This document shows positions 61,701 to 64,000 of a stretch of 64,000 nucleotides of DNA, piece after piece (the stretch's first letter is position 1; every line of letters starts with the position of its first letter). This DNA is from Patellaria atrata CBS 101060 (lineage: Eukaryota). The stretch is taken from contig MU006121.1 of the NCBI GenBank assembly GCA_010093705.1, positions 62,001-126,000 of the forward strand, written 5' to 3'. The notes beneath the pieces were generated by a model, which made no database searches, had not been told where the DNA came from, and saw only the letters and a program-made list of their open reading frames with translations. The position numbers and the translations under genes are program-made.

Positions 61701-64000
61701 TTAATTCACACTACCTATCAGTTCTTTTACCCAACCCGGTAATATGGGTTTGCTATCCCAACCCGCCCTCCACTTCTGCTTCCATCCTTCTACGCAATCG
61801 GGAAGAGCAAACACGGCGGTGACAAGCCACGTTGTTGTACCCGCCTCGACATCTTTGTATAGAACTGGCAGTACCGATCTCGCTTCGACCAAATTACTAT
61901 TCGCGTCTACCAACGAAATTCCCCCGGGTCGCTTTCCGGGAAGCAGTTCGAAGATACCAACCGCACCAGAGCGGGATGCAACGAAGGCCGAATTCTCTGT
62001 CTGTCTGCACCCTTCTACCGCTTCGGGATCGAACACGGATTCCTCGAGCATGCGACCAGTCTTACTGTAGCAACCATAAACCGCCCATGCGCCCTCTGCT
62101 GTCTTCAGAGCTCGGCCTGCGGTAAGTCGATGAATGCGCAAGTGCCAGCAGTCACTAGCTTCCGTCGGTGGCACTAGCCAGGTTTTAACGTCGACGTCAG
62201 GCCAAGGTTTCATACTGCTGACGAGCACAGGGACGCCTTCCAGCGTCTCGATATCACTGTCACCGTCGAGGGCGCGACGCATCTTCCATATCTCGCCGTC
62301 GTCGTCGGAGAGCGCGAGCGAGGACTCGGGCACAAACTGTTCCAGCGTATAAGAACCGGTAGGGACCGAGTACGCGAAGGCAGAGGAATAGGAAAATTTG
62401 CCATATTTAGCTTGCGTCGCCTTGAGAGGGTAATGGCAGCTTTGGCCGGAGGAAAGGAGGAATGTGTGTCCACCGCCAGCGCCACGGCACATGATGTGGC
62501 GTGGATGTGGTAATGGACGGATTATGGGCAGGTGGAAGAGAGGATAAGGCTCCTCGTCTACCGTCCAGAAGGGGTGTGTGGGTGGTAGAGCTAGCGGAGC
62601 AAAGGCGAGCATACTCCAGTACGGTGAACCAGGGGAGTTGTAATTTTCCGCAAGGTAGGTATTTGGGTATGTGTATCCAATAGAGAGCATACCATTTGAA
62701 TGGAAAATATCGGGATGCTTGCTCCACCACCTCAAATTACGCAACCAGATACCCTTAACAACGCCCCAGCTGAGGGGTTCGGGTAGCTCGAGATCTGCAA
62801 ATGCCACAGCAGCCCAAAATCCAACCATGGCGAAGCGATACGTTAAGCTCCGACCGAATGTTATTGCACGACCCTCGGGATCCCAATAATGCACGAAATC
62901 TAGAGCGTACTTTTTGGCACGGTCTCTATATTCCGACGCTTGTTCAGGGTCGGAATCCGCCGCGAGTGTTGCATAGAGAAGTTGCAAATACTGGATTGCA
63001 AAGGAACCGGAATAATAGTCCATCTGGCGGTAGCCTTCAGGGCCATCGTTTGACCACCCATCGCCGCGGTAGAAGGTATTTAGTTGTTTGATATCGGCAT
63101 TTAGACGATCTTGTGAGAAGGCGGCTCCCTGTTTCTTTAGTCCGAGATTGGCGAATACACGGAACCATAGCCTGAAATATTAGCAATAAGTGAGTAGACG
63201 GGATAAGATTAGAATTGCAATGATGATTTCGTCAGGAAGGCAATTCACGGCTGAACGAGGAATATGAAGCATAAGCATATATGAGGAAAAATGTGTAAGA
63301 TCAAATCACCAATATTGATTCGCAAGACAGTAAATTCTGTTGATTTTGAGGTCTGAAGTACGACAGACAAATCTCTGGTGACGGTGTACATGACTCTTAG
63401 ACGAAAGTCTAAGTGTCTCTAGCTTTCTTTCAATCATGGCGACTCAAGTGAGAACGATTAGATATGGGGGGAACATGAAGTGAAATGTGTATGATAGATA
63501 TTACGTCAAGACACGTAGTTGCACTTACCAGTTAGTGTTGGGCATCTCTTTATCGTTCATACTCCCGAGCCACGTCTCTATGTTATCTTTCTGTTTCTGT
63601 GTCAAAGGGTCCCAGAACTCATGGCCTGCTATAGCGAGCGTGTATCCGATTGGACATGCTTCTACCATCCTTTGATCGATATCTTCCATGTAGCCCCAGA
63701 ATTCCGGACTTTCAGGATCAGTGCCGTTGACCAAGCCATTAACAAATCTCTGAGTGCCGGAATACTTGCTTCCTCCAGCAAGTAGAGGCGCGAGACCCCA
63801 GAGAGGACGAGCATATCCTTCAACCTGGGCTGCAGTTTCATCGAACCTAGTACCTGTACCGGAGACCTTCACAAGAGCTCCTCCGGAGGAAGTACCGCCG
63901 GCGAGGGGATCGAGTAATGAGGCGACTGCATCAACAACATTATCACGGGTCCGTAGAGGATTTTTGCAGAAAGGATGGAGTGGAAATGGGCGGTTAGCGC
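61701..64000 (-). CDS. DUF2264-family protein, 5' end outside the window
   Basis: [76 protein letters not shown]. Intron 63528-63172. Confidence 0.85.

Overview
Gene-dense, intron-containing euchromatin from a filamentous ascomycete (Pezizomycotina; short GT-AG introns with CTRAY branch sites). About 23 protein-coding genes, mostly housekeeping and genome maintenance: the 3' end of a methionine-permease-like gene, a stand-alone LigD 3'-phosphoesterase, LYS12, SPC7/KNL1, RPS11, the PRC2 methyltransferase KMT6/SET-7, an Mtc4-like protein, eIF4E, a Djp1-like J-protein, an alpha/beta hydrolase, Rrn9, AME1/CENP-U, a twin-CX9C protein, SSO syntaxin, a ZZ/EF-hand protein, a GNAT, a cytochrome-b5-like protein, NBS1, FPR2, DNA polymerase kappa and a DUF2264-like gene running off the right edge. 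One complete Fot1/pogo DNA transposon (33-bp TIRs, TA target duplication, 200-N gap) carries two RIP-type nonsense mutations. The most unusual items are: a putative ADP-ribosyltransferase-fold protein fused to 19 tandem 11-aa 'VELP' repeats; a structured, oversized RPS11 intron; substitutions at normally invariant catalytic positions in KMT6 (NHS to NNS) and the LigD phosphoesterase; a nested inverted-repeat element at ~44.2 kb; a perfect 24-bp palindrome; a recurrent intergenic TAAGGTA motif; and frequent AAG 3' splice sites. All family names come from motif recognition by eye, not from database searches. Exon boundaries are manual predictions.
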